Positions 50,233-62,426 of a stretch of DNA of 64,000 nucleotides are shown here, piece after piece. Source of the stretch: Paraspadella gotoi (Eukaryota > Animalia > Chaetognatha). Made by a program: the position numbers and the translations under genes. Below the pieces are notes generated by a model, which saw only the letters and a list, made by a program, of their open reading frames with translations, was not told where the DNA came from and searched no databases. The stretch lies in contig JBJCIZ010000282.1 of the NCBI GenBank assembly GCA_051294375.1, positions 116,161-180,160 on the forward strand, read 5' to 3'. Positions within the stretch are counted from its first letter, which is position 1, and every line of letters starts with the position of its first letter.

Positions 50233-51774
50233 TTGATTGGTAAATCTTTTCAGCCAAATCACACCGATATGTCAACGAAAACAAAAGACGCAACTTCTCA
50301 GTCTCAAAAAACTCGTAACAAAAATAAAAATTCAAGTAAAGATGCTTCTGATTCTAACTCAGAAAATCAAAACTCGCAAGACTGTGAAGTTACTGAGGTT
50401 TTACTGCCGGAGACTCGTCTTTTTCAAGAATTAGAAACACTCCAGCCTGAAAGAAAAGCAGCATTTGCACGACTCTTGGTGAACTCGGGCTACAAAATAA
50501 ACGAAAATGTTTTTGATAAAAAAATCTCTGAACAAGATAAAAACGATATTCATGACCTTCGAAAAACTGTAATTGTGTCGACAACCCTCCCACAAGAGAT
50601 CAGAAAATCTCGTCCAGGAGTGCTCTCTGTGGTAGACGAAGCTTTCCATGGCTCAGCCGAATTCGACGAATTAAAAATCACTCAGCGTGGAGACTTAATC
50701 ATACTCGCCAAGACTGATAAAGATTTTAACTCGCTTATGAAACCTGACAATTGGCGACATAGTAAATATGATTTCATTCCAAAGCTTAATCCACAAAACA
50801 CTGTCTCTCATTATGTTCTTATTAAAGGTATTGATCCTGCGTACTCAGAGGATGAAATCAAAACCGCTATGGTTTCAAAAGGATTTAGCCCAAGCTTCAT
50901 AAGAAGGCTCACAACTGGTTCGACAGGAGAACCGAGTTGGAATGTCAAGGTAACGCTCAATTCCCTGAAAGAAAAAGAATCAATCCTGAAAAACAAAATA
51001 AACATGTTTCATAAAGTCCATAATGTTACAGAATATTTTGTAAATAAAATACTACAATGTTATAAATGTCAAAAATATGGTCATGGCTCTAATGCTTGTC
51101 AACAAGAGATACAAATTTGTCTTCGTTGTGCAGGTCAACACTCTCACAAAAACTGTGATAGAAGCTTTTCAGACACTAAATGTGCTAACTGTGGTGGCCG
51201 CCATGCAGCTAATTCGAAATCCTGCCCTATTTACGAAGAGGCCTGCCGTATCCAAACCAAATCTTCCTCTGTTGCTGCTAATCTCACTCAGACAAAATCT
51301 TATGCCAATGCAATCCAAAATCAGGTCACTACTTCTTCCACTAGACTTCATGCAGAAGATTTAGAAAAGATTAGTCTTTGCGTTGTCCATGTTTTGCGTG
51401 AAATGGGAATAGGTACAGAAATACAGAAAGAAAATATTGTCTCGTCTATCAAAAGGACTGTGAATGAAATACAACATACAGTAGTAAATCAAAAACAGAA
51501 GACAAGTCTCTCAACTTCGTCAATTACAATTCCAAAAAATATAAATTCAACACAATCTTCTGAAAACGTACAAGGTGAGATGGAGATCCTCTTGTCAACC
51601 CAAGAGGTCATCTCTGATTGGGCAATGGATGAAGATTTTTCTCTATCTCAAGATCAAAGTCAAGCCAAAGAAAATGATTCTCAGTCCCAAAGCGGTCTTT
51701 TGAACCCAGAAAACCAAGGAAGGCACCAGCTGCTTTTAAGGAAAGGAAAACCTGGACGTCCTCCTAAAAACTGA
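50233..51774 (+). CDS. LINE ORF1 (gag-like, three CCHC zinc knuckles); probable ATG at 50269
   Basis: CYKCQKYGHGSNAC, CLRCAGQHSHKNC and CANCGGRHAANSKSC. Uninterrupted frame, typical of I/Jockey-group ORF1. Confidence 0.9.
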   Translation: MIGKSFQPNHTDMSTKTKDATSQSQKTRNKNKNSSKDASDSNSENQNSQDCEVTEVLLPETRLFQELETLQPERKAAFARLLVNSGYKINENVFDKKISEQDKNDIHDLRKTVIVSTTLPQEIRKSRPGVLSVVDEAFHGSAEFDELKITQRGDLIILAKTDKDFNSLMKPDNWRHSKYDFIPKLNPQNTVSHYVLIKGIDPAYSEDEIKTAMVSKGFSPSFIRRLTTGSTGEPSWNVKVTLNSLKEKESILKNKINMFHKVHNVTEYFVNKILQCYKCQKYGHGSNACQQEIQICLRCAGQHSHKNCDRSFSDTKCANCGGRHAANSKSCPIYEEACRIQTKSSSVAANLTQTKSYANAIQNQVTTSSTRLHAEDLEKISLCVVHVLREMGIGTEIQKENIVSSIKRTVNEIQHTVVNQKQKTSLSTSSITIPKNINSTQSSENVQGEMEILLSTQEVISDWAMDEDFSLSQDQSQAKENDSQSQSGLLNPENQGRHQLLLRKGKPGRPPKN

Positions 51775-51778
51775 TAAA

Positions 51779-53613
51779 ATGGCCTCCAAATCCTTGCCTG
51801 TTGCTGTCCTTCAGCTAAACACTAACGGTAGACCAACAAGACTTGTTGAACTTTTAAATCTAATAGAAAATCTAAACAAACAATATTCGTTATTTTTGGT
51901 GTTCAATGACATTAGATGCAGTTCAAAGGATCTATTTGTTTTGAAAAAATTTAAAACATTCATTAATGAATCAGTAACTTCGGCAGGAGGTGTAATGATC
52001 GCTACTCCCAGCCATCTTCCTGCTGCTGAGATTAAGTTTCACAATCAACCAAAAGAAAGTCTTATTGTCGAAACGCTGTTAAAAGATAATGAAAAATTCG
52101 TTCTATGCACGACATACAACCACCCAGGAGAACACTTACACGAATCTTTATTTCATGCTTTCAACAATTTTTCAAATAAACCTAATGTAGTCTCCAGTAT
52201 CCTAGTTGGCGATTTAAACTCTCCCCACTCTGAACTCTGCGGAAGAACAGACTCTCCACAAGGTGAACAACTCTTAAATTTTATATCTAAGTTTAATTTT
52301 ATACTGCTAAACAGTAATTTACCCACATTTATAAGTAAATCTACTGGTCTCACAAACACTCTAGACATCGCACTAACAGTATCAAAATTCTCTGATAAAA
52401 TTCTCTCATGTGCAAGCCTTGAAGACGTCGGCAGTGACCATCTTCCACTACTAATAACCACAAAAACCCAATCAATAAAAAAAGACATTTTAATAAACAA
52501 GACTAATTGGTCAGAATTTCGTAAATCTTGTGACAATAACTTACTAAATTTCACTACCGATCTCATCTCAAAAGATCAAGCAGATCTTGCTGTCAACAAA
52601 TTTACTGAAACATTGAAAAATGCTTTTACCCAAAATACCACTAGCAAAACTCACAAATCCTATAACTTCATTATTTCATCATCTGAATTAAAAAATCTAA
52701 TAAAAAGAAAAAGATTTCTTGCACGAAAAATTACAAAAGCTAGTAAATTAGGATTTACAAGTAATCCAATCTTGAAAGTCGAATTTAATTATCTATGTCG
52801 CAAAGTAAGGACATTGAATAAAAAATCCTTATGTGAGCACTATTTTAAAAAAGCAAATGGCATTTTAAATGAAAAAGACCCCGCAAAGAAATGGAAACTC
52901 ATAAATAACTTAACAAATCTTAAAACAATCTCTCCCCCAGATGCTATGCTCAAAAGACCTGATGGCACTCAGGCCGTTGACAACAAAAGCAATCTCAAAA
53001 TACACGCAGAAAACTTAAAATCAATTATGGGAAAATCACCAGTTCCTCCAGGAAATGAAGATTGGGTTAAAAAGGTCGAAAAACTAATAGACGAATTTTC
53101 ACACTTTCTTAAACCTGGCAATGGCTCAGTCATGGCCGATGTTGAATTTGAGAATTTTGTCAGAGATTCTTTAGACCCTCAAAATATTTATGAAACAATA
53201 AAATCTCTAAAAAGAATTTCTGCTCCAGGTCCAGATGGCATCACTCATAACATGCTAAAAAATTGCTCTAGCAATACAATTACTATATTAGCTTCCATTT
53301 ACAAATCATGTTTATTACTCGGTTATTTTCCAGACACGTGGAAAGTCGCCAACATTAGGGTAATCCCCAAAACAGGAAAAGATCCCACCAATCCACGAAA
53401 CTACCGACCTATCAGCCTCCTTTCAGTTCTTGGAAAATTACTTGAACGACTAATATTACCCGGGCTCATTAGCATGCTAGACAAACGAGGAAAACGGCGC
53501 ATACTGCAGTCTGGCTTCAAAAAAGGAAGGTCTGCACCGGAAAATATTATTCGCCTTGTCGAGGATGCTCATGCGGGTTTCAAGGCTAGAGGAGGAACTA
53601 TTCTCGTAACTCT
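51779..53613 (+). CDS. LINE ORF2, APE endonuclease + start of RT (truncated at the N gap)
   Basis: LQLNTNG, VGDLNSPH, LDIAL, GSDHLP; SAPGPDGI, FPDTWK, NYRPISLLSVLGKLLERLI, QSGFKKGRS. Confidence 0.92.
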
Positions 53614-53623
53614 NNNNNNNNNN

Positions 53624-55042
53624 CCGACTAAAAAAGTTCCAATAAGTTGGCCAGGGGCAGAAGAGGAAGCTTTCATCGACAGCTCCATGGAAGCGGATGT
53701 CGACGTCACTCCACAAGAACTCAAAGAGGAAATGCAAAATCCACACAAAAAGAATTTTTCTCTAATTCCGATGGCACGAGAAGTCAGAGAATGGTAACAG
53801 GCGAATGAATCCTTCAAAAACGTCATCAACGAATTAAAAAAAGGCAATAAAAAGAAAGCGAAAGATCTACTCAGCAAAAAAAAAAAGGAAAAAGGAAAAA
53901 ACGCCGTCAAACTACCTCGACGACCTCGAAGTCACGCCAGACGACATCCTCATCATCAAGGGCTTTAAAGGAGATGCCCCTACCCACAGATTCGTGGTCC
54001 CTCCCGAAAAGGCTGAAATGATAACAAAACGCCTCCACGACCATTTCGGGCACCCAAGACGAGATAGAACGGCCTTCATCACGGCTCAGTACATCTCGGC
54101 GCCGTGACTGACGACCGCGGTGGCGAAAGTTGTAAGAAATTGAGAAAATTGCGCAATGGCGACTGACCAACAAAAGAACAATGAAACACCGTCAGCATCG
54201 AACCTCGCTATTTCGCCATGGGAATCTTTATGCATCGATGTGATGCACTTCCCTACCGTCTCCGGCTACAAATACGTCCTCATTGCCTCTGACAATGCTT
54301 CTGCATATACTTGGGCTATTCCGCTCAAGTGAGCGGACGCAGATAGCGTCGTCAAGGCTTTAGACGAAAAGATCTTCCTCCTTCACGGATCTTACCTCAA
54401 AATCAACTTTGATGGCGCCACTCAACTCAACGGATCCACAATGAGATCAATTCTAAATCTCTTAGACATCGTCGGCCGAAAGGTTTTAGTGGGAAGAAAG
54501 AACAGCAACAGGGCCGAGAGGGACATTGGCAGAATCAGGCAGGCCTTGCGCAAAGCCATCGAAAATCAGCTATATCATTGGCTCGATGTACTCCCTCAAT
54601 TAATGTTGCTCTTAAATGCCACACCAATATTCATTGGAAAACCGACATGTCACCTCACGAAATCCAGTTCGGAAATAGGCCAAGAATCATCGAAAATGCT
54701 GACGATTACACAAAAAGATCATTAGTCGATTACGTAAGACGCAGGGCGGACAAACGCGAGAAAGCCGAGAGAAAACTAGCGGAGCAAAGGCAAAACCTTT
54801 TCAGACAAAGCTCTCGACGAAATCCTTACAGAAAACCGCAAAAGATAAAAGTAGGGGACTTAGTTCTGGCAAGACGTGACCTCGTGACCACGGGTGCAAC
54901 CCTCACCGAAAACAAAGTCAAACTTATATACACTCAAAAAGACGAAAATCATTACGTCATCATCATAAATGGCCAAAGATCAAAATATCACAGACGACGG
55001 TTAAAACCCTACCCTGCGCAAAACGATGACCAAATTGAATAA
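53624..55042 (+). pseudogene. Degraded LTR retrotransposon integrase
   Basis: LHDHFGHPRRDR (HHCC part), PWESLCIDVMH, NFDGA, SNRAER (DDE), YHWLDVLP...LNATP, IKVGDLVL; contains stops and a frameshift. Confidence 0.88.
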
Positions 55043-55275
55043 AAGAAAAAAAGAATGCTTCACCAAATAAGCCATTTTAGCCGTAGTAATAAAAATAAAT
55101 ATTATGTATATAAAAATAAACAAACAACGTACGTTTTTCTCGCACTCATCACATCGTCTCCTTAGTCGCCTCACCCCTCGTCATCTGGTCCCCAAGAAAA
55201 GGAGAAGAAAATCACAGTGCAACTCACTCAAAATCCCGAAACGTCAAGCTCAAGAAGAAAAGGCGAGATTCCAAG

Positions 55276-58200
55276 TTTTTAGTCGGATCTGCTTATCAGC
55301 AGATCCCGACTCTATAATTCACTTTGTCGGTCCATCGGTCCGCTCCCTCAATATTGTCGGGCACTAACTTATATCATGTCAGAACATCGAATTATGATAA
55401 ATTATGCAAAAAAAATGTCCGTCCGTCCGTCCGTCCGTCCGTCCCACCTTAGCAAAAAACACCAATTACTCGTGATTGGATGGATGAATTTGAAAAAAAA
55501 TTGTGTGTGGGTAGGGAAGTGTGTGATTGAGCTGGATATAAAGTTTCGATGGAATCGTCCGAGTGGAAATGAGTTTAAATGGAAAAAACAAAAAATATAA
55601 TTCACTCTTTGAATACCAATTGCTCATGAGTGGATGGGGCGATTGACCTGGAATTTTGAATGTGAGTAGGAAAGTGTGTGATTGAACAGGAAATCAAGTT
55701 TTGATGGAATCGTTTGAGTGGAAATGAGTTTAAATGGAAAAAAACAAAAAACCTGTTTCATTCATTGATTATGATTTTTTTTCCTTTTATATTAAATGTA
55801 TATGCAGGATGTATTAATAAATCAAATAATTAATCAGTTAATTAATCAATTAGTCAATTAATTAATCACTAATTAATTAATCAGTCAATCAATCCGTCCA
55901 TCCATCCCACCTTAGCAAAAAGCCCCAATAACTCGTGATTGGCTTGTTGGATTGGAATGAAATTTTGTGTATGGGTAGTAGACCTTGCCATATATGAAAA
56001 GTTTTGAAATCAAAAAACGAGTATTGTGTAAAAGGTGCCCATTAGGCCGGAACAGGTTGAAAACTAGAAGTTCTCTCAAATAAATAATGGTTAAGTGACT
56101 GTTAGAGATAATGAAAATGAAAATAATTTTTAAAATTTATCTTATTAATTAGCGCACGGAAGCATTTAAAAATTATTTAATTACTACATAAAGTTTAAAA
56201 TTTTTTTTTAAATTTTCAATTTTTTTAAATAGAATCTGATAGAGCTTTAAAAGTTAGATAGAGATTATTAATACAAATTTTTTAATTTTTTTTGTTTTAT
56301 TGATAAAAATTTTAAAAAAACTATGAAATGATGATGATGCTGATGTTTTTTAAGGTTTTTTCTATTTTTAACCAATTTATTGTCAAAATTTAAAAAAATT
56401 GTAGTACTAACCTTCATTTAACTTTTCAAGCTCTATAAAAATCCGTTCTTAAAAAATAAAATTTAAAAAAAAAAAAATTTATTATTTGTTATATATTAAT
56501 AAATATTTAAAAGCTTCAGTGCAACAACCCAAAGAACTAATTCAAAAAGTTGCATTGAAAATCGATTTAATAATAGAAGGAAAAAAGGAATTTTTTTGAG
56601 AGAACTAAAAGTTATAAAAAGTGTTCAATTTTGGCCCGCCTTAGTGCCCATACATCATAATAATTTTTTGAACATTTTTTTTCAAAAAAAAATTTACAGT
56701 AAATGCTGCCAACTTTAAAAAAATTGAAAAAAAATAGTAAAAAATGGACTTTTTGCTAAATATCTTTAAAAGCTTTATTGCTAGAGGGACGAAACCCAAA
56801 CTATCTTGTAGAGCGGAAAATTTGACTATGTTACATACCTTGCATTAAGTAAAATTTTTTTTAAAACCCTAAGTTGTAGTTCATTCAAATAGCGATGTCG
56901 ATGGCAATTCACGCATGAGTCGCAGTTGTGGTTCTAGGGCTTTGGCGATGTCGCCAGTCCCCCCACTGGCGACCTCGCCAGTGATAAAGTATGCAAATAT
57001 AATGCAAAAAGGCGCAGCTAACACGGGGATGAGCACACCTACAGGCTCCTCTCCCAACCCTAACCCTAAACCAAACCTCCCGTTTAACTCTGTGCCTCTC
57101 CCCTAACCCTAACCAGGCTGGGGCTCCCGTACATCTTTCCCGTGCCTCAACCCACCCTAACCGCCTTCAATGCATCAACCATGGGTCCCTCCCCCAACCC
57201 TAAACAAGCCTCCTGTTCAACTCCATGCCTCTCCCCTAACCCTAACCCAGGCCCGGCCTTCCGTACATCTCCGTACCTCAACCCAAACCGCCTTTGATGC
57301 ATCACCATGGGTCCCTCCCCAACCCTAACCCTAAACCAAGCCTCCCGTTCACTCCATGCCTCTCCACTAACCATAACCCAGGCCCGGCTTCCTGTACATC
57401 TCCGTACCTCAACCCTAACCCTAATCGAATTTGATATATAACCCACGGGCCTCTCTCCCAACCCTAACCCTAAACCGGCGCCCAGGCCTCCCGTATATCT
57501 CCGTGCCTCAACCCTAATCCCTAATGTCCCTCGCCAGTACCTTCCTAAGCCTAACCCTAACGCGGGCCTCTTGGTCATCACCAACACCCTCCCTACCCCT
57601 ATCCTAAAATTGACATTAATAATAAGCCTAAAATAACTTAACTTAACTCAACCCTAAACTAAACTACTCAACCTAACCCAAACTACTCAACCCTAACCAC
57701 TACCAACTCAACCCTAACCCAACCAACTAAACCCTAACCCTAACCCTAATCTGAGTTTAGTTTAGGCGAAATCGCCATAACTAGAATGCTAGATGTCAAT
57801 CGGCGAAATCGCCAAATCGCCAAATTTTAGGGATAGGGGTAGGGAGGTGTTGTTGATGACCAAGAGGCCCGCGTTAGGGTTAGGCTTAGGGAAGGTACTG
57901 GCGTGGGACATTAGGGATTAGGGTTGAGGCACGAGATGTACGGGAGGCCTGGGCCGGTTTAGGGTTAGGGTTGGGAGAGAGGCCTGTGGGTTATATATCA
58001 AAGGCGTTAGGGTTAGAGTTGAGGTACGGAGATGTACCGGGAAGCCGGCCTGGGTTAGGGTTAGGGAAGAGGCATGGAGTTGACGGGAGAGCTTGGTTTA
58101 GGGGTTAGGGTTGGGGAGGGACCATGGTTGATGCATCAAAGGCGGTTAGGGTTAGGGTTGAGGTACGGAGATGTACGGGAGGCCGGGCCTGGGGTTAGGG

Positions 58201-59265
58201 TTAGGGGAGAGGCATGGGTTGAACGGGAGGCTTGGTTTAGGGTTAGGGTTGGGGAGGGACCCATGGTTGATGCATGGAAGGCGGTAGGGTTGAGGCATGG
58301 AGATGTACGGGAGGCCCGGCCTGGTTTAGGGTTAGGGGAGAGGCCAGAGTTGAACGGGAGGTTGGTTTAGGGTTAGGGTTGGAGAATAGCGTGATGCTCA
58401 TCCCGTGTTAGCTGCGCTTTTCATTATATTCGCGTACTTTTATCACTGGCGAGGTCGCCAGTGGGGGGTCTGGCGACATCGCCAAATCCCTGGCGATATC
58501 GCCATGGCAAAGTCGCCAACCAACTAGAACCTTTGATTAAGCAATATATTTAACACAAATTATAATTCAACTCGGTTCTGGAGACAAAGGTAATTTATGA
58601 AAAAAATAGAATAACTAGTTTTCTTTCTTTGGCACTCTAGATGATGACTTTTTTTTCTCGATTGGTAAGCAGCAAGCAACTCTTCTCTCAGTTGCTTAAC
58701 TTTCATTAATTTTACTCTTTTTGTGCGATGAAGCTGGATATAAAATTTCAACGGAATCGTGTGAGTGGATATGAGTTTGAATGGAAAAAACATAAGTCGC
58801 ATTTACTGAAATCTTTTTACTTATTTTAACCAATAAATACTCTAAATAATCATAATTGGATGGATAGATTGAGTTCAAATTTTGTGTGTGGGTAGGAAAA
58901 TGTGTGACAAAGCTTAATATAAAGTTTCGGTACGAGTGGAAATGAGTTTAAATGAAGAAACATATGAGTCACATTTACTTGACACTTTTTACTTATTTTA
59001 ACCCATAATAGATTGAGATGAAATTTTGTGAGCGGGAAGGAAAGTTTGTGAAGAAGCTAGATATAAAGTTTTGACGGAATTGTGCCAGTGGAAATGAGTT
59101 TAAATGGAGAAAATATAAGTCACATTTACTTTATTTTAAGGACTTCAATGATGATAAGCTGTATATAAATTTATAATTAATTATTAAAATTAATTAATTA
59201 ATCGATTAATTAATTAATTGATTAATTTTCGTAGGCAGTTCCGACATTGTTTGCTCAAACTTGTT
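55276..59265 (+). mobile_element. HINE/DINE-1-like copy with both ends, between IN and env, carrying nested inserts
   Basis: 5' TTTTTAGTCGGATCTG; 3' CAGTTCCGAC (sub-TIR) plus the hairpin GTTTG-CT-CAAAC and TTGTT. Confidence 0.7.
56930..58531. mobile_element. Foldback/MITE-like element with long inverted arms rich in telomeric hexamers
   Basis: GGTTCTAG...CTAGAACC termini. Arms at ~56930-57610 and ~57823-58531. CCCTAA variants on the left, TTAGGG variants on the right. Confidence 0.75.
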
Positions 59266-59522
59266 CTTCTGAATCCTCACCTACGCGATTTAATTCTAAA
59301 AAGATCGTCTCAGATACTCTTTCTAAAAAGATTGTCAAAAAAAATCGCAAAGTGAGAAAAGAAGAAAAACAATGGAAATAAGGAAAACAGCGTGCCTTAC
59401 TCCGCTTTACCTAGCGGGTAAGACCAAAAGAAATAGCCCAAAGACAAGACAAGCATTGGAAACGGCGTGCCTTACTCCGCTTTACCTAGCGGGTAAGGCG
59501 AAAAGGTAACCACGAAACAACT

Positions 59523-60974
59523 TTGCTTGACCCTCAGCATTGTGACTCGGCCAAACCTAAGCCCACTAGAATAGAAAGAGGCGAGTTGGTTTTCTTGCCG
59601 GGAAAATCACAACACGACGGAAAAGGTTGTGATATAGTCATCACAGCAAAAGGGAGCATCTGCGGATGGTGGTCTATCCAGTACCCGAACCTGGACGCCG
59701 TCGATTACTTCACAACAAAAATGCCTTGATATGCACAAAGGCATCCCCATAACGCTGGACAACGCCCCAATAAGGTTGAAAACAAAAATGGCGTCATGCA
59801 GGCCGTTCCCCTACCTAGTTTAAAACTAGGAAGCAATCTCCACAAAGTTATCATCGGCTCTACAGACGCTGATGGTTATTGCTCGGGAGAAAAACTATTG
59901 TTCCACGATTACGTTTACGACGGAGAGAGGGCCGAAGTCATCATAAATGTCACGCTCTACAAACAAAGATCGACATCAGAAATACCGAGGAGTTGCCACT
60001 AAAAAAGCAATGCAACAAAATAGCACAAAGATGCACTTACCCAGGAAGTATCCTTGTCTGGGAAGAGACGGAATGCAGAGCCAGGAGGGCCTCCGCTGGC
60101 CCAATAGAACGATCAGAGGATGGCTTCATAAGGTTGCTCGGCCCAAAGGACAAAGCCCTGGTGTTGAAAAATTGCACCCAAAGACGCGGCAACGCCCCTT
60201 GCAGCCAGAACAAAGACATCGACCTAGGTTTCAGGCAATGCTGGAGAGCATGTTAACCAAAACCTTGAGCAAAGAAATCTGCAAATTAAAGGTAGAGGAA
60301 GCAACAGCCGTCGCTTCAAAAGCCCCCGCTGACCCATTTTCCGTCACATTTTTAGAAAGAGGCGTCATCACGCTCCTCCGCGGCGAGTTACTAGTGACAG
60401 CCAAGTGTGACCTCACACTGGCACGCACACGAAAAACCGGGGCTTGCTTCAAGAACCTCCCGGTGAAATTCAGAGGCAAGGACGTTTACCGTCATGCCAT
60501 TTACCATCACGTTGTGGAAACCTCAACTCAAACAGCTTGTGATCCATCGCCTATTTACATGCAACGCGGAGATTACAAGACAAAGTCTGGCGACACAATC
60601 CAAAATTACATCAAAATCTCCTCCTACATCCCAAAACCAGATCACCTTGTATCCACGGAGATGGACCCTTTCTTACGAATCCAGGATTTCCTGAACCAGC
60701 ATCACAATTACCAGGCAAAGGTCAAAGACTTCAACAACTACATAGACAAATACAGACACGGTTCCACCTACTCCAGTCTAAAAAAGCTCATCGGGAAAAT
60801 GCCCAACTGGGATTGGTTGCCTGATGCCACAATATCATCCCATTTTTAATTATCATCTTAGCAATCACGGTGATGATTATCCTTACCTGTCTCGTCTGTT
60901 GGCGAAAACGACAACCAAGAGAATCCCAAATCGAATCCGACAGACAAGTCTTCAGACCTCGCACGGTCAACTGA
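59523..60974 (+). pseudogene. env-like class III fusion glycoprotein (copy 2), frameshifted
   Basis: GCDIVITAKGSICGWWS; DGYCSG; C...C...LVWEETEC; EICKLK; RGELLVTAKC...RKTGACFKNLPVKF...TQTACDP; TM IIPFLIIILAITVMIILTCLVCWRKR. Followed directly by the PPT and LTR. Confidence 0.8.
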
Positions 60975-61008
60975 CCCCTCCCGTGCTCCTAGGGGAGAGG
61001 GGAGATCA

Positions 61009-61305
61009 CATCGCAGGAGAATCAACCTAACCCAAAGCAGAATCGAATCGAAGGATCGGAAGATCTCCGTAGAATCAGAATTGAGGAATCATGATTGGTC
61101 AAAGGCAGAATCGGATTCGACCAATCAGCTTGCAAAAACAATGAATTTTAAAAATGACTCTTGCCTTCAATCCTCTTCCTTAGATATAAATAGACCTAGC
61201 TTCCTTAGTTTCAGTAGAATTGATCTGGACTCCTGTGTGTGTCTCACGTCACCATTTTATTTTCAGAATAAATCTCATTTTGATTTCATCCATTTTCCTT
61301 AAATG
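61009..61305 (+). mobile_element. 3' LTR type A
   Basis: Follows PPT AGGGGAGAGGGGAGA (60991-61005). CATCGCAGG...CTTAAATG, with inverted and direct CCAAT boxes, TATAAATA and AATAAA. Confidence 0.85.
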
Positions 61306-62426
61306 GTAGGAAAGAAAGAATAAGAGGAGAAAGAAGCACATGAGTAAGGTGAAAATCAGAGAGAGAAAGAAAAGAGACTTTTGGCAGAGTTTTCACTCTT
61401 TGCAGATCATAAAATTTGTCAAAAACTTCTTCATAGCAAACATCCTGATAAGGTATAGTTGTCGCCGTCAAACCAGAGTCATCAGAATATTCGGAAAATC
61501 TCAAATTTATGATAAAAGTAAAAAAAGAAGAGTAAAAACAGTTAAATGCTTTAAGGATTTTTAAAAAGACTGTTCTCATTTTGTGCAGGCCATACCGTGA
61601 ATTTCAGTAAAGTGGTGAAAGATCTTTACATCCTCTTGAATTTGCCGTAAGCGAACAAAATATTTGTTTAGGGAAAATTAATCAAAATTAAATCGTGAAT
61701 TCAAACGCGGTAAACGTTAAAAATATTCCTTTTAGATATTACCGTTTTATGCGTGATGAATAGAAACTGAAATTCATGAACCGCCTTAGCCTTAGCCAGC
61801 TCGCAAAACGACAAAGGACGAGAAAGAGTTGCCCTCTTTACCAACTAAAGTGCAAGGGTCGTCACTGAAATCAAGGAACCAGCGCCACGTGATGACACCG
61901 GAAACGCACTATGCTGGGAAAAACAGTTATATCCTTGTCGTCATTGGCGGAAGCCCGGCAAGCTGCTTGTATGATACGGGGTCTCTATAAACACTATCCC
62001 AAGCAAATTTGTCGAGAAATGGGGCTTAGCTACTCAAATTTATCGCGGAAGAGCGCTAAAGCTTGAAACAGCAACAGGAACCATCACGCTGACGGAGATG
62101 ATAAATATCAGAATAATCAATATCAATTATAGAGTGGTGTGATGTTAAAAACTTAGTAGGCATCCTCCGTGGACTCGTGGAGTGTGAAAAGTTGTTAATT
62201 TTTCTCTTCCATCAATGGGCGTAACCTGGCGTTAACAAACAGTACTGACCGAATCTAACGTGTAGCGACGAACTAACAAAAGATCAGTGTTTATATAACG
62301 ACGCGTATACGACTTCTCTTTACAAGTACCATTGGCTTTAACTATAATAATTCATTTTTATCCTTTTTACTCAAATAATTAAGAGTAATTTAAAAGTAAT
62401 AAATAGTCCCTTTTTTATCTTTACAG

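Noticed and set aside
53581-53797. LINE RT fused to an LTR-element Pol (672-aa ORF)
   Set aside because: The junction is a 10-N scaffold gap, so the fusion is not supported.
57050-58390. Telomere-telomere fusion site or true chromosome end
   Set aside because: Orientation is CCCTAA then TTAGGG (a fusion gives the reverse), the repeats are interspersed with spacers, and they are enclosed in inverted termini.
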